Source: Octopus sinensis (Eukaryota). Taken from it: 64,000 nt of DNA. The notes under the pieces are model-generated. The model was not told the origin of the DNA. It did not search any database and saw only the letters and a list, made by a program, of their open reading frames with translations. Made by a program: the position numbers and the translations under genes. How positions within the stretch are numbered: the first letter of the stretch is position 1; every line of letters starts with the position of its first letter. The stretch lies in contig NC_043002.1 in assembly GCF_006345805.1 (NCBI RefSeq), forward strand, positions 65,286,001 through 65,350,000, read 5' to 3'. Of the stretch, positions 13,190-27,945 are shown piece by piece.

Positions 13190-13744
13190 TATACAATATA
13201 TACGTATATATATATATACACATATATATATACATATATATAATATGTATATAATATATATATATATATACATATATATACATATATATATATATATATG
13301 TATATATATGTATTATATATGTATTTCTGTTTGCTTGTATATGTGAAACGTATTTTCACTATTGTCGCTTTGTTAGAGGTTTTCTTCTCAACAACATGGT
13401 TGTTTGCAAATATACATCTTCAATTCAGTTTCTTGTTAAGTCCCACTTCTTGAATCCGAATAGGAAGGACACCACAAATTATTCTAACTACACGCACACT
13501 ATCAGTATCATATCGATGCACACTCTGCCACAAAAGAACACATCAGCATCTACATTAGTCTTATTCACAACCACAGGTTTGTGTGTTTGCATCTGTGTAT
13601 ATATTTATATGTGTGTGTGTGTATGGAGAGGTATTATTAATGATATTGTCATTATTATTATTGTTATTATCATTATCATTATCATTATTATCATTATTAT
13701 TATTATCATCATCATCATCATCATCATCGTTATTATTATTATCA

Positions 13745-13801
<57 letters not shown>

Positions 13802-14530
13802 CATCATCATCATCATCATTATTATTATTCGTTCATTCATTCATTCATTTCTATACGAATGCCACTTATTCTGCAGACGTTGCACCCAACATGCTTGGAG
13901 GTGATCACATCTGGAAAGTGAGAGAATTTTAACATTATTTCCCTAGGTTTACAATTCTGTTTTGCTGCCTGTAATTGTTTTCAACTACAATGAATTAGGT
14001 GCGATTCTTGTTTAATACTTATTATAGCTGCTATCATCATCATCATCATCGTAACCGTCGTCGTCGTCGGCGACATCATCATCACCATCATCATCATCGT
14101 CAGTGTTGTCGTCGTCATCATCACCATCATCATCGTCGTTATCGTTGTCGTTGTCGCAGTCATTGTCGTTGTGGTCGTCGTCATCGTCATCATCATCATC
14201 ATCTTCATCATCATCATCACCATTTTCGTCATCATCAACATCAATATCACTGTTGTCGTCATCATCGTCGTCATGAACATCATCATTATCAACAATGTGC
14301 TGAGCTGGTGGAATGGTTACCCCGTCTGGCGTTTCTTTTGGATTCTCTGTTCAAGGCCTGCGGAGGTCGATTTTTAGAAGTCAATTACTTGATTTCATGT
14401 AATCAACACTTTCTACACTCTAATATTCTGATCTTCTGCTATAATGAGAAAGAAATTTTGCTATTATTATCATCATTACTAGTAGTAGTAGTAGTAGTAG
14501 TATAGTTAGTAGTAGTTTTAGTAGTATAGT

Positions 14531-14571
<41 letters not shown>

Positions 14572-14572
14572 A

Positions 14573-14605
<33 letters not shown>

Positions 14606-14966
14606 CAGTAGTGAGAGAACAGAGAAGCGCATGCCATAATAGAGACATTGGGTTGCAATTGTACGAAGTCCAATATACCCAACGTGGCTACCCGCCTGAG
14701 AAGCATAAACTAGGTACGTATATCACGTGCTCATCTCATATCGCGATAAACCGTGCTTGACATTGCCGTTGGAGCCCAGTTAGAATTTTTTCATCTGGTG
14801 GACGATATTCAGAACATATTGGATTCGAATTAATCCATTTGAAATCAGAACTTAAAGGACAAGCTAAACTTTAAATATTTTGCTCACGATTCTGCCGGTT
14901 CACCACCTTCGATAAGTAGAACATATTACAATTTCAGCTGTTTAATGTGTATTTTCAGCATATAAA

Positions 14967-15341
14967 GGAGTAGGAGTGTCTGTGTGGTAAGTAGCTTGCT
15001 AACCAACCATATGGTTCAAGGTTCAGTCCCACTGCGTGGCACCTTGGGCCAGTGTCTTTTACTATAGCCTCGGGGCGACCAAAGTCTTGTGAGTGGATTT
15101 AGTAGACGGAAACTGAAAGAAGCCTGTCGTATATATGTATATGTGTGTATATATTTGTGTGTCTGTGTTTGTTCCCCCAACATCGCTTGACAACCGATGA
15201 AGGTGTGTTTACGTCCTCGTAACTTAGCAGTTTGGCAAAAGAGACCGATAGAATAAGTACTAGGCTTTCAAAATATAAGTCCTCGACTAAGGGCGGTGCT
15301 CCAGCATGGCCACAGTCACATGACTGAAACGAGTAAAAGAG
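14967..15341 (+). mobile_element. SINE family A, near full length
   Basis: Homologous to 31478-31877. Confidence 0.9.
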
Positions 15342-16300
15342 TATATCGCAAGCTGAGTTCCAATGTAAGAGCAAGGCTACATGTATGACATACCCCCGGA
15401 TCTACATCGCAATTACACGATGAGTTATTCCTCTCCTATCAGTTTGAAATACAACTTCGGTATATGTATCGCAGCATCTGCTGAGATACAAATGTCACAG
15501 AACCAATGTCTTTCTTTTTCTGTCTGTTAGCGCCATACATGGTGCTTGATAACATGTAATTAAACCACTCAAGTGTGGATTTTTCTAATGGTGAGATGTT
15601 ACCTGGTCCCTGGGATTCAACAGGAACAGAGATGAGATGGAGTATCACTAGTAGCCAGCGGATTGTCAGGGGAGGGTCCACTGGATCTTTCGCTATTTGT
15701 GATGACATCGTTTCTCTGACCCCATGTTTGACGTATCTAGTTCAGCTACCTTGCGATCGTTTGTATCGTCCCAACAAACTGCTTTTCAGCTACGGCTGTC
15801 CGTGGCATGTCTATATGCTATATTTTCTGCAGGGTTGTGCTCTTCAACAAAATATTATAAATTGGAAGCTCTGTTAGCTATTTCCATTGTGGAAACGTTA
15901 AGACATGCAAGAAAATATACGCTGTATTGCCAAGATATCGAATTGTAGAATTACTTGAAATGTTGATGATGCTACCTTGATTTACATTCCGACTAAATGT
16001 TAATTTTGTGAATTCGTATGGCATGTATGACTTGAATATGCCTCCATGGTAAGTCTTCTGCAGTAATCCCTAATATATTTGTATAATATCCGGTATATTG
16101 TCCCGCATTCCAACATATATATTTCCTAGACGTAGAAGACTTACCAAGGAAGCACATACGCATTTCAATATTCTCATATGTGTACTTACCAAAATTAAAA
16201 ACAGTAACTTTCTTATGTTTCAAACAAACATCATTTTCCCATATTACTTCATATTTTTAAAATCTGCCTTTCGATAAATTATACAAGCTTCATATTTTAT

Positions 16301-16390
16301 ATCTCTGAGAAGCAGACGTATTGTCTATAAATGTTTATCAGTATAGGATTCCATTATAGAAACAACACTTTTGCGAAACGATTGTAAGAT
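16301..16390 (+). ncRNA. Hammerhead motif with long stem II; core CUGAGAA (one base lost or changed)
   Basis: AUCU-CUGAGAA-GCAGA..UCUAUAA/UUAUAGA..UUUGC-GAAA-CGAUUG-UA-AGAU. Confidence 0.65.
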
Positions 16391-16605
16391 GCTTTAATAA
16401 AATTAATGTTCAAATATTAAATTTTAAACTGTCATATTTATTATTATTATTATATATTAATACTTATATATATTTACATATATTTTTTATATATATATGT
16501 ATATTTTTAATACAATAATTGTTCTACACATGTATATATCTTTCTGAAATTTTTATCTAATGTTAATTTCCTGATATCAGTTCACAATATATTATAATAT
16601 ATATA

Positions 16606-16707
<102 letters not shown>

Positions 16708-16744
16708 CACAAACGAATGTGTGTCTGTGTGTACATATGTAGAA

Positions 16745-16817
<73 letters not shown>

Positions 16818-17128
16818 CAGACAAACACACAGACAGGCAGGTAAAGAGATAGTCAGGCTGGCATGCAGGAAGACAGATAATGAATAGCATGTACTTTTTC
16901 TGCCATGTGCATTTTCAGCTTGAACAAAGCAATTAAAACCACTATGGCTGTATAAGTTGATTCGATAATTCTGGAAATATCAAGGAGGCGAATGTAGGTA
17001 ACGTTTTGATTAAGATTCAGCGATTACTGCGTTCGGACGTTCGTACATGTAAGACATAATTAAATATGCGCGTGGGTGTGTGTGTATGTACATAGGTACA
17101 TACATACACACACACATACATACACACA

Positions 17129-17176
<48 letters not shown>

Positions 17177-17329
17177 TTTGGTAAGTACACATATGAGAAT
17201 ATTGAAATGCGTATGTGCCTCCTTGGTAAGTCTTCTACGTCTAGGAAATATATATAATCTGATTAGTTAGAGAGAGCAAATCATTAGAAGCACATGCTTC
17301 TAGTGAGTTAGGATCTCAGAACAACAGGG

Positions 17330-17403
17330 CTCTTACCGATGAATTCTCCCTGAGCAAATAAATTATCTTTATTGCTGAAAAGAACGAAACTGCAGTCTAA
17401 GAG
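17330..17403 (+). ncRNA. Hammerhead motif (U4C in this copy)
   Basis: CUCUUA-CCGAUGA-aUUCU..GCAAAUAAA/UUUAUUGC..AGAAc-GAAA-CUGCAG-UC-UAAGAG. Confidence 0.75.
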
Positions 17404-17570
17404 GAACCGAGTTAGTAAATGTTTTTATTTTCATTTCACTAAATTATCTAGCTTCTGTGTTCTAGCACATATTTCGCCTTAATGTACTGATATATGAATA
17501 ATATATGGCCTGAGCTAGTTTCACCAGCGATAATAATTAATTTTATTTTATCGCAATTTGACTTGTTTAC

Positions 17571-17617
<47 letters not shown>

Positions 17618-17696
17618 ATATATATGAATACACAGACATTTTTGAGCATATATATTAGTTATGTATATACAATTATTAATGTTTATTATATATGCA

Positions 17697-17890
17697 AGAC
17701 AGCGCATTGGCAGAATACCTTAGCAGCTTTGCGTCCGTTTTTCGTTCTGAGTTCAAATTCCGCCGAAGTCTACTTTCCTTTCATCATTCCGGGGTCGATA
17801 TGATTAGTACCAATTGGGCACTGGAGGCTATTAAATTGACTTTATCCATCCGTCGGAATTACGGGCCTTATTCCAATATTTGGAATCAAT
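17697..17890 (+). mobile_element. SINE family C
   Basis: TGGCAGAA...GAGTTCAAATTCCGCCGAAGTC. Confidence 0.7.
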
Positions 17891-18226
17891 ACTTTTTATT
17901 ATGTACAAATATATGTGTGGGCTTCTGTTTATTTTATTTATACAGATATTCAATTCTTTCTCCCTGTAGCACAATTCTGTTCAAATGTCGATATATGCAC
18001 GATAAAATTCAGTGTACCTATTCTAAGATATTATGCGGTATTTTAAATACATCTACAATTAAACGTAAATGTAACTTCTAATTCATGGGGTGTGGGGTTG
18101 CTGCATATATGAAGGCATTTAATTATACATGTACCTATATATACATAATATAGATAGAAACTGAGAGAGAAAGAGACACATGAGCATAAAGGTTTATGTA
18201 TGTATTTATATATGAATGTATGTATT

Positions 18227-18260
<34 letters not shown>

Positions 18261-18274
18261 TGTATGTATGTATG

Positions 18275-18317
<43 letters not shown>

Positions 18318-18524
18318 GGAGAGATAGATACATACATACGTACAGACATACATACGCACATTGAGATACGTAGAAAAGTGCATAGATATATATATATAGA
18401 TAGATACATAGAGAGACTATAATTGTAAGTACTTGTGTATATTTGTGCGGGTTCATTTTATGTTTGTATATGCTTGAATATATGTAACATATACATGTTC
18501 ACACTCGTACCATACAGCTAAACT

Positions 18525-18573
<49 letters not shown>

Positions 18574-19007
18574 ATGTAGTCATTTATATGCATATGTGTT
18601 CATGTATGAACTTCGTTTTATGTATATGTATGACTGTATGTAACTAAAAAAAATGAATGACTGGTCCTTCGCTCTTTTTGTCATTTTGAAGTTTTATGAT
18701 TTTCATTTAGTTTCATTCCATAATTTGGAAATATTTAATGGCACACAATACTGCATAACACATGACCTATTAAGCACCACACGTGACTAGAGAAAAGCCA
18801 ATTTGTCTGTCTATATCCTGGCCATTAACAGATGTGTTACTTCCTCACATACTACTCCTTCGTATTTCTTGTCTAACTTCCTGTTGGCTAATGTGTATAT
18901 TTATAATACAGTCAGTAAGTTATATTTGAGAGAGCGTGTATCTGCTCGTATATATGTTCGTATGTATATAATATATATGTGTGTGTTTGTGCGTGTGTAT
19001 ATGTGAG

Positions 19008-19049
<42 letters not shown>

Positions 19050-19810
19050 TGTTTGTATTAATACATATGTATCCATCAATATATACGTATATCATGTATA
19101 TGTACAGATAGATAGAAAGAGAAACAGATAAAGAGAGAGACAGAGACACAGATACGTAAATGTTATGGAATCAATATGTCACCAATTTGTTTTTACATTT
19201 ATTTCTCTAACTATTTTTAAATCCCATTTTTATGTTTAATATTTGTTCATATATTTAATTTTTCTATATATTTTTCCAAATTATTTATTTGATATTCTTA
19301 GCAGACATTTTTTATTCATTAATTTACTTCGCTTTTTATTGTTTCTTGTGTATTTTGTTTTCTTTCTATATTTTTTTTTCACTTTGCGTTGTTTAATTGT
19401 TGTTTTGTATTTGTTTTGTTTTTGGTTTTTGGTTTTTATTCATTATTTACACATGACTGGATGAGAAGTTTGAAAATCATCACCGAATCGTTTCTATTAA
19501 AATATTTAAAATCTACCATCGATTTTGCTGAAATGAATACCGATTCTGATTTAATGGAGATAAAGAACCTGAAGAGATAAGAAAAAAACACATAATTGTG
19601 TATGTGCGTGCGTGCGTGTGTGTATGTGTGTGTGTGTTTGTGCATGTGTGTGTGCCTGTGTGTGTGCTTGTCTGTTACTGTGTCTGTATGTAGCTGCGTA
19701 TTGACATTTGCTGTAATACTTTCAAACAGCAAATCTACAGACATGATTAATTTCATATATATATATATACAAGTGGGGAGATATTTGTGTGTGTATTATA
19801 TATATATCCA

Positions 19811-19868
<58 letters not shown>

Positions 19869-20225
19869 CTATCTATCTATTGCTATATACATGCATGTAT
19901 GTATGTATTATGAATGTGTGTGTCTGTATCAAATCAAAGATCAAAGGTAATTCCGGAGCCAAAGTCTCATGAGGCCCGTTCCTGGATTGTCTGATAACGT
20001 ATGAATTTCCCCGTTCCCGGTCAGGATGTCCGTCTGGGTCAGGATTATTTATTTTGATAGCTGGGTAGGATTCGAAACTACAATCTTATGATCATGAATG
20101 CAACGCCCAAAGCACTAAATCATAACCCTCTCCATATCTCTCCTTCAGTCTCTCTTTCCTCCTTTCCTTCTCTCTCTCTAGATAGATAGACAGACAGATA
20201 GATATATGGATAGATAGACAGACAT

Positions 20226-20260
<35 letters not shown>

Positions 20261-20305
20261 GTCAGACAGACAGATAATAGATAGACAGACAGACAGATAC
20301 ATAGG

Positions 20306-20381
<76 letters not shown>

Positions 20382-20429
20382 GAGGCAGGTAGGTAGGGAG
20401 GTAGATAGAGAGGCAGGTAGGTAGGGAGG

Positions 20430-20495
<66 letters not shown>

Positions 20496-20977
20496 TGTTT
20501 CTTTATTAGCCACATAGGGCTGCACACAGATAGAACAAATTACAAGGTAGAGCTTTTCTTTTGAAGGTTTAAAAAAAAAAAGAAAAAAAAGAAGGGGGAG
20601 TTTCGATCAAAAGGGATCGTAAAAGGAGAGAAAGAGGACAAAAAAAAGGGGGGTTTAAAAAAAAGGGGGAGAGGAAAAAAATTTTAAAAAAAAAGGAAGA
20701 GGGAGTTTCGATCAAAAGGGATCGTAAAAGGAGAGAAAGAGGACAAAAAAAAGGGGGGTTTAAAAAAAAAGGGGGAGGGAAAAAAAAAAAAAGATCAATA
20801 GGGATCGTTATCACAGAAATGTCAATATGAAGTGTAAAAGGGAGGACAGGTGAGGTTTACCCGTGGAAAGAAAAGCCTACGGAAAAGACTACGGTAACCT
20901 CGGTCAATGCAGTCACATGTTATATTTCTTTTTTTTTTTTTTGCAAATAAGCAACTCTCTGTTTTCAATTTCTGGGT

Positions 20978-22762
20978 TCATAGGATCATGCTCAAGGTGG
21001 CTTCGTCATTCATACGTGCCATTCTTGCTACATTCACCCATCTTTTTTTAAAACATTCGCTAGACAAAACTTGCCTCTCTACTCTCACTTTCCTTTTCAA
21101 GTGGTACTTGAAGAAGTTGATGAGAGACTGACCAGAGAGGAAAGTGTTTGTCTCCAATCCTTTAAGACGCGTCCACCAGATACATTCTTTCGCCATAGCC
21201 ACAAGGATGATGAAAATAGTTCTTCCTTCCCGTTTGAAGGAGGGAGGCGTGACAATATTGACGATAGACTCAGCTGATAAGCCGACTCGTCCCACACGTG
21301 ACAGCAGTTGTTCGACACAAGCCCACAGGTCGGAAATTGTTGGACACTGCACGAGTGCGTGCAGAACGGTTTCGTCGCTCTGACCGCATCTCGGGCAGGT
21401 CGGCCCCGTGTTTCTCGAGCCGTGTCTGTAGAGCTTATCCCGAACGGGTAGCGCTTCTCGGTAGCACTGCCAGGCCAGGGATCTCTGGAAGTTGTCCCTG
21501 GGCCCTGGCCCGAAAGTCGTCCTGAACAGGCGGGTCAGGTACTCCTCGTCGACGTCCAGGTTCGCCCCGAGCTCGTCGTCGTACCTCCCCTCCACTAAAC
21601 CCCTATAGAATGCTTTGGTTGTGTTGAAGTCACTCAAGGTCGACCCAGGACGGCAGAGTTGCTTGAGAGCAACGCGACACTCGCGGTGCCATTCGCCCTT
21701 CTTCGGCCTCTTTTTGATCCACGACTGCAGTTCGGTCATGGAGACGAGCTGCGGGAAAGCGTGCCTCACAAACGGCGACCACACCTGTTCACCGTCGTCT
21801 ACATAGAGCCAGAGATGTCGCAGTCTCAGCGCGTGTCTGCGCATCATCAACCACGGCATGCCCAGCCCTCCTTTTAACGGGTGTTGACAGAAAATGGATC
21901 GCCTGACCATCGGGACGCATCCTTTCCACAAGAAGCGAAAGAGAATGCGTTGTAGTTTGGTGATGGTAGGGTCGGGACAAGGTACGACGGTCAGGCGGTA
22001 GTAGATGACGGACGCGATGTACGTGTTCGCCACCTCCGCCCGACCTTTTAAGGACAGTTTCCTCTCGGCCCATTGCCGGGCGAGCGTGACCACCCTACTC
22101 GTTATCTCGTTCCAGTTCTTCTCCACTTGGAGGTCCGGACCAAACCAGACCCCGAGCAACTCAACCGGGCCGTCGGTCCAGCGTCCCACGACGGAGGCGC
22201 TGGTGGACGGCATGGGCTTGCTTCTCCAGGTGCCTAGTCGCAAGCCCACTGACTTTTCCCGGTTGATTTTCGCTCCTGTCACCGCTTCGTAGTTTCTCAG
22301 TGTCTCGCCGACCTGCTCGATGTGCTCGTGGCTAGACACTATGACGGTGACGTCGTCCGCGTATGCAGACACGCTCGTCCCGCATCCCAGTTCTCGCGGG
22401 ATGCCTCTCAAGGTTGCCAGCTTCCGCAATAATGGCTCGAGAGTCAATACGTATAGAAGTGACGAGAGGGGGCATCCCTGACGGACCGAACGTGCGATGT
22501 CGAAGGGTCTCGATAGATGTCCATTCACGCGAATTACCGAACGGATGCCTCTGTACAAAGCGGCTATCCAGCCGCGGAAGACGGGACCGAAGCCAGCCGC
22601 TCCGAGGACCGCCTCCAAGTATCGATGGTCTACCCTATCGAAAGCTTTCGATTGATCCAAATTGATCAGCGCCCCACCCATGCCAGGTTCGTTAACTACC
22701 CTGTCTATGATGTAGCGCATCAGGTGGAGGTTGTCATGGATGGTCCGGCTGGCACGGCGCAT
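20978..22762 (-). pseudogene. ORF2 reverse transcriptase plus C-terminal CCHC zinc knuckle (frameshifted from the upstream part)
   Basis: LDQSKAFDRV, VRQGCPLS, AYADD, CPRCGQSDETVLHALVQC. Confidence 0.92.
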
Positions 22763-23436
22763 GTTTGCGCCCTGTCGACCAGTTTCTCGATGACAAGCGC
22801 CAACCTCTTGGCTAGCACCTTGGCCAAAATTTTCAAGTCTGCATTAAGCAGAGTGATGGGCCTAAAGTTATCTATTACATTTCCCTTGTTTAGATCTTTC
22901 TTCAGCAGTGTTACGGCTCCTCGGCTCACAAAACCAGGAATGCTCCCGTTTTGCTGCCAGTTGCAGTACACCGCCGCCAAGAGATCTCCAAACAAGTCTG
23001 GCATACAATTGTAAAGCTCGTAGGGTAGACTATCCAAACCCGGTGATTTGTCCCCCGAGCATTCTGCCATCGCTTCCTGCACTTCCGCCGCCGTGATGGC
23101 ACCTTCGCAGCACCCTGCCTTTCTTGTCGAGAGTCGTGGTAGGCTATGTAGGTAGGCACTGAAGTCCACCCTACGTTCTTGCCCTCCACTCGTTCCGAAC
23201 AGTCGGGCAAAATGCTGCTGAAAGGCCTCACACATTTTACTTGGCTCGAGCAATTCGCGCCCCTGTTCATCTACCAGGGACCGAATGGTGGCTTTGTTGC
23301 CCTGTTGCGCCTCTGCCACCCGGGCCTCTCTCGCGGCTCCAACACCTTCGTTCCTTAGAGCACGCATCCTAGCTCTGACAGGACATCCTTCGTGTTTGGC
23401 GTTGAAGTGTTGGTCGAGGGCCAACCTCGCCGCCAA
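22720..23436 (-). pseudogene. ORF2 tether/RT domains 0-2
   Basis: KSPGLDSLP, NFRPITLLNADLKILAKVLAKRL. Confidence 0.9.
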
Positions 23437-23782
23437 AACGTCGGATGCGATGCCGCTTCTAGCTTCTTAACTAGCTCACCCTCTACTCTATTTCTATCTA
23501 TGGCTAGTGCTTTGCTGTACCTAATCGCTTCTGCTTTTACTGCTCCCTTGAGGGCAAACCACCATTTGTTGTTGATGATGGCTCCCGTCAAAGCCCTCTT
23601 TACTAGTGTGCTAATCCGGTCTCTGAAAACTTGTCTCGATGGGAAAGACGCTTTAGTTTCCAGTATCCGGGACCCTGCCTAAGTGTCTTACCTAAGTCTA
23701 GCGTACATGTCACAAGTTTGTGATCCGTGTAGCTGACTATGTGGAATTGTGGACATCCTATGCTATCTCTGTCTACTGTCCT

Positions 23783-23856
<74 letters not shown>

Positions 23857-24042
23857 TAGCTTGATAGACAGACAGATAGATATAATAAGTATAGAGAGAA
23901 AGACAGACACAAAGAGAAAGACCGACAGAAAGAGAGAGACAGACAGTCAGAATGGCAGACAGACAGATGCATAGTTAGATAGATAGGGTAGACAGACAGA
24001 CAGACAGATATATGCAGAAGATAGACAAACAGACAGACAGAT

Positions 24043-24096
<54 letters not shown>

Positions 24097-24097
<1 letters not shown>

Positions 24098-24440
24098 TGT
24101 TTCTTTATTAGCCACACAGGGCTGCACACAGATAGAACAAATTACAAGGTAGAGCTTTTCTTTTGAAGGTATTAAAAAAAAAAAAAAAAAAAAAAAAAGG
24201 GAAGGGGGAGGTTCGATCAAAAGGGATCGTAAAAGGAGAGAAAGAGGACAAAAATAAGGGGGGTTAAAATAAAAAAAAAAAAAAAAAGGGGGGGAGGGGA
24301 GGAAAAAAAAATGATCAATAGGGATCGTTATCACAGAAATGTCAATATGAAGTGTAAAGGGGAGGACAGGTGAGGTTTACCCGTGGAAAGAAAAGCCTGC
24401 GGAAAAGACCACGGTAACCTCGGTCAATGAAGTCACATTT
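24097..24440 (-). mobile_element. 3'-UTR-only copy of the same Tx1-like element
   Basis: Near-identical to 20495-20915; GATA flanks. Confidence 0.9.
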
Positions 24441-24451
24441 TATAGATAGAT

Positions 24452-24690
24452 ATGTTTCTTTATTAGCCACACAGGGCTGCACACAGATAGAACAAATTAC
24501 AAGGTAGAGCTTTTCTTTTGAAGGTTTTAAAAAAAAAAAAAAAAAAAGGAAGGGGGAGTTTCGATCAAAAGGGATCGTAAAAGGAGAGAAAGAGGACAAA
24601 AAGAAGGGGGGTTAAAAAAAGAAGGGGGAGAGGGGAAAAAATTGATCAATAGGGATCGTTATCACAGAAATGTCAATATGAAGTGTAAAA
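24452..24690 (-). mobile_element. Second 3'-UTR-only copy
   Basis: Same 3' end; separated from the previous copy by TATAGATAGAT; followed by (GATA)n. Confidence 0.9.
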
Positions 24691-24725
24691 TAGATAGATA
24701 GATAGATAGATAGATAGATTGATAG

Positions 24726-24837
<112 letters not shown>

Positions 24838-24850
24838 GGATGTACATATA

Positions 24851-25034
24851 TACGGAGGACCAGGACGACTAGCTAATTATGATTTTACTGAATATATTCC
24901 CCTCTTACATTCACACTTGTTGCAGTAGTCCTTCAGTTTTTCAAAAATCTGTAAAAGAACTCGTAAGGTTGGGCCTCCAATCAGGTCGTTCGCAATAATC
25001 TTAAAGCCGGCAAATTTTCAGCACCCCATCGTAC
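24851..25034. mobile_element. Mariner-derived non-autonomous element
   Basis: TACGGAGG.../...CACCCCATCGTA ends; minus strand ..NVRGEYIQ resembles a mariner C-terminus. Confidence 0.5.
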
Positions 25035-25609
25035 ATGCATATCATGCATAAGAGGCGAGTTTCGTGAATATTCGATAAGGTGGCTTGCCTCGTTAACTGT
25101 TACATGCCTTGCGTACCTTACCCAAGCGAATAATTTATATGCCATGTTGTTCTATGCAGAGAGGGATTGTATCAATTGTAAACATTAAACTGATAGCTTA
25201 TTGGTATATACATCGCCTTACAATACGAAATACTTGCGCATTTATATCAATGATAGTTAACAAGAGCCTCTACATCAGCAGGCTACTTAAAATGCCAACT
25301 TTAACGGGAGCTATTACTGAGTGCAACATAAGGAATGCACCGAGATATGGTCACATCCAAACTTATTTCACACAAACATACGCACAGGCACTCACACGCA
25401 TAAACACACACACACACATACACACACACAAACAAACAAGTACGTACATATATATATATATATATTTCGAAAGAAGATTTTTCCCCAAAGAGTTAAGATT
25501 GAGAAAAGAACCTATTTAGAAATTCGAAAGACACTAACCTTTGGGAAGAGACTTCACAAAATGTGTGTAGGCTTTGCTTATATATATGTATACATATATA
25601 CTTCGTTGA

Positions 25610-25731
25610 AAAGCAGTAACAATATCACAAAACTTACTAGGAGTTTTACATTCCCGTTCGTCGGACAAAACTGTCCGCCGAACAGGAATGTGAAACTGAG
25701 TAACAGTTGTTGAGATATTTTTGCTGCTTTT
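25610..25731. repeat. Fold-back (palindromic) element
   Basis: AAAGCAGTAACAATATC..TTCGTCGGACA aaac TGTCCGCCGAA..GATATTTTTGCTGCTTT. Confidence 0.75.
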
Positions 25732-25840
25732 TAATAAAGCATATTACTCTGCTTCTGGTATTCGAGTACTACTTTTTCCACCTTGTTTTGTATTTATGTG
25801 CTTACTCTGGTATATGCACACACACACACATATATATATA

Positions 25841-26340
25841 TTAATAATAAAAGGGTAAAATTTTTTTATTTAATTAATTAATTAATTTAATTAATAAATT
25901 TTACCCTTTTATTATTAATTTTAAATTATAATATATTCCATGGCAGAACATTGCAGTTTTCTGCGGTATTGCTCGTAGCATACACGTGGGTATAGAGTGT
26001 GAATAGTGTATTCACTTTCGGCTCTGTAAATTTTGGAAGTGTTGGTTGGATATCTGCTACATGCTGTCGCTCGATTGTGTGCATATTCATCCGTAGCACG
26101 TTCAAATATTATAATTGGAAATACTATACTGAAGAGAGAAGTAAGTAAAATTTAAATCACTTTAATCTCGAAATGCGTATATAGTTAACCCTGGTCGTGT
26201 TGATTCTTTGTTTTTCTCTTTGCCTTCGTAATAAGTATGTTACCCTCATGGAAATTCTTATAGTAGCAGAAAAGGAATTTTAACTCCTATTTCTAAATTC
26301 GGTATGTGGTGAAGCAATTAGCTGAACCCTAATTATAATC
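25841..26340 (+). mobile_element. Solo pLTR-like element between (TA)n runs, with inverted 5' end and a hammerhead
   Basis: Inverted TTAATAATAAAAGGGTAAAATT/AATTTTACCCTTTTATTATTAA at 25841-25918; HHR at 26123. Confidence 0.65.
26123..26185 (+). ncRNA. Type-I hammerhead ribozyme, canonical core
   Basis: ACUAUA-CUGAAGA-GAGA..UCUC-GAAA-UGCG-UA-UAUAGU. Confidence 0.85.
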
Positions 26341-26358
26341 ATATATATATATATATAT

Positions 26359-26479
<121 letters not shown>

Positions 26480-27945
26480 ACTATATATATACACACATAC
26501 ACACATATATATATGTGTGTGTTTTTGTGTGTTTAGTTGCATTGTCAGATATTTGGCATGAAAATGTGTGTTAAAACAGAATTCTTGCTTCTTGAAAATG
26601 TCATTATGCCAATAAGAAACACATACACTTAACCATCTAAGCAATTGATACATTGCTTGTTTAATCTATCTGTCAATTAATCAAACTGCTTGATCCGTGA
26701 AAATCTTGTCTCTATCAACTACAAACCAATCAATAACATAACCGTAGTATATCAATTAATATTTGTGGAGGGCGAATGTAAGAACTCGACCACACGAAAC
26801 ACGCTTTTACTTTCAAGTTGACATTCATATTTGATGAAATTAAAAAGTGGAATATGGAAACTAGAAGGAAGACAGTGATGGAACAGCAAGAGCTTATCAA
26901 TGATGAGGTCTTGAATAACAACTAAATGACTCAGACAAATCCACTTGATTGGTCGACCGAAATAGAATACTTAATTGGCTGAATATTTAATTATTTGACT
27001 AATGAGAAGTGAAATGGAATCAGCGCGTGTGTTCCATATTTTATGATAATCCTCCCAAAATAAAACAAAATATATAAATTAGAGCACGTCGGATTGCTAT
27101 GATCTGAAAGATTTTGTTTTTCTACCCTGAAGACATAAGCTCGATTTATCCAACGTTTGTTTGATTCCGTCACTGGCTGCATATTTTCGTGAAATACATC
27201 TATCAAAATTATGATGGATCTCCAAGACCCCAGAAACAGCTGTTAGACTTATAACACCCGATCTATTTCCCTTTAATTTTCACCCTCGTTCTGTATTCTG
27301 TGTAAGTTTAACCTATTAACATATAAATATCTATAAATTTATATTCAAATATTCATCATCTGAAAATCTTCAGTCTTTGCTCTCTTCCGGTTCGCATGCC
27401 AATACACATACATGCTTTTTTTAATATCAAACCCAAGCTGTTATAATTAATTTGTTTATCTGCACAATTGTCTTTATATATTTATGTGTGTGTGCGCGAC
27501 TGTGTGTGCATGTGGACACTCCATGTGCTTGAGTGTGTCTATGTATATGTGTTTTTGTACGTGTACGTTAGTCGGTGTGTGTGTGTATATGTGTGCATGT
27601 CAGTGACAAAATATTTATATCAGATTAAGTAAAAAGTAAGCAACATTTTGAACTATGAAGAATTTATACCGGGTTTTTGCAGAGTTTTGAATTTCTTTGA
27701 AGTTGTCTGATAATACAGACATAGACGTGCCCAAATGCATCAATATTTTAACATTGCTATTTCTTTCACCGTTGTTACAATCATCTGGGTCTAAAGCCGA
27801 GAGTTGTCGTTGTATTTGAGTGAGTTGAAATGTGATTACTGCAATTGTTAACTTGTTCTTATTTCCTGAATTGCTGTATTGTTATTGTTGAATTTGTTGG
27901 GATTTTTATTTGTCTTCCCCATTTATGGGTGAAGTGGTGAAGAAT

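Larger units (their letters stand above)
20495..23783 (-). mobile_element. 5'-truncated L1/Tx1-clade non-LTR retrotransposon in (GATA)n
   Basis: APE end (SYTDHKLV, GPGYWKL), RT, CCHC, 3' UTR ending AATAAAGAAACA-(TATC)n; GATA repeats on both sides. Confidence 0.93.

Noticed and set aside
26895-27250. Two HHR-like fragments (ATGATGA-GGTC..GACC-GAAA; GAAA-CAGCTG-TT)
   Set aside because: Stem I or the core is missing; possibly decayed, not supportable
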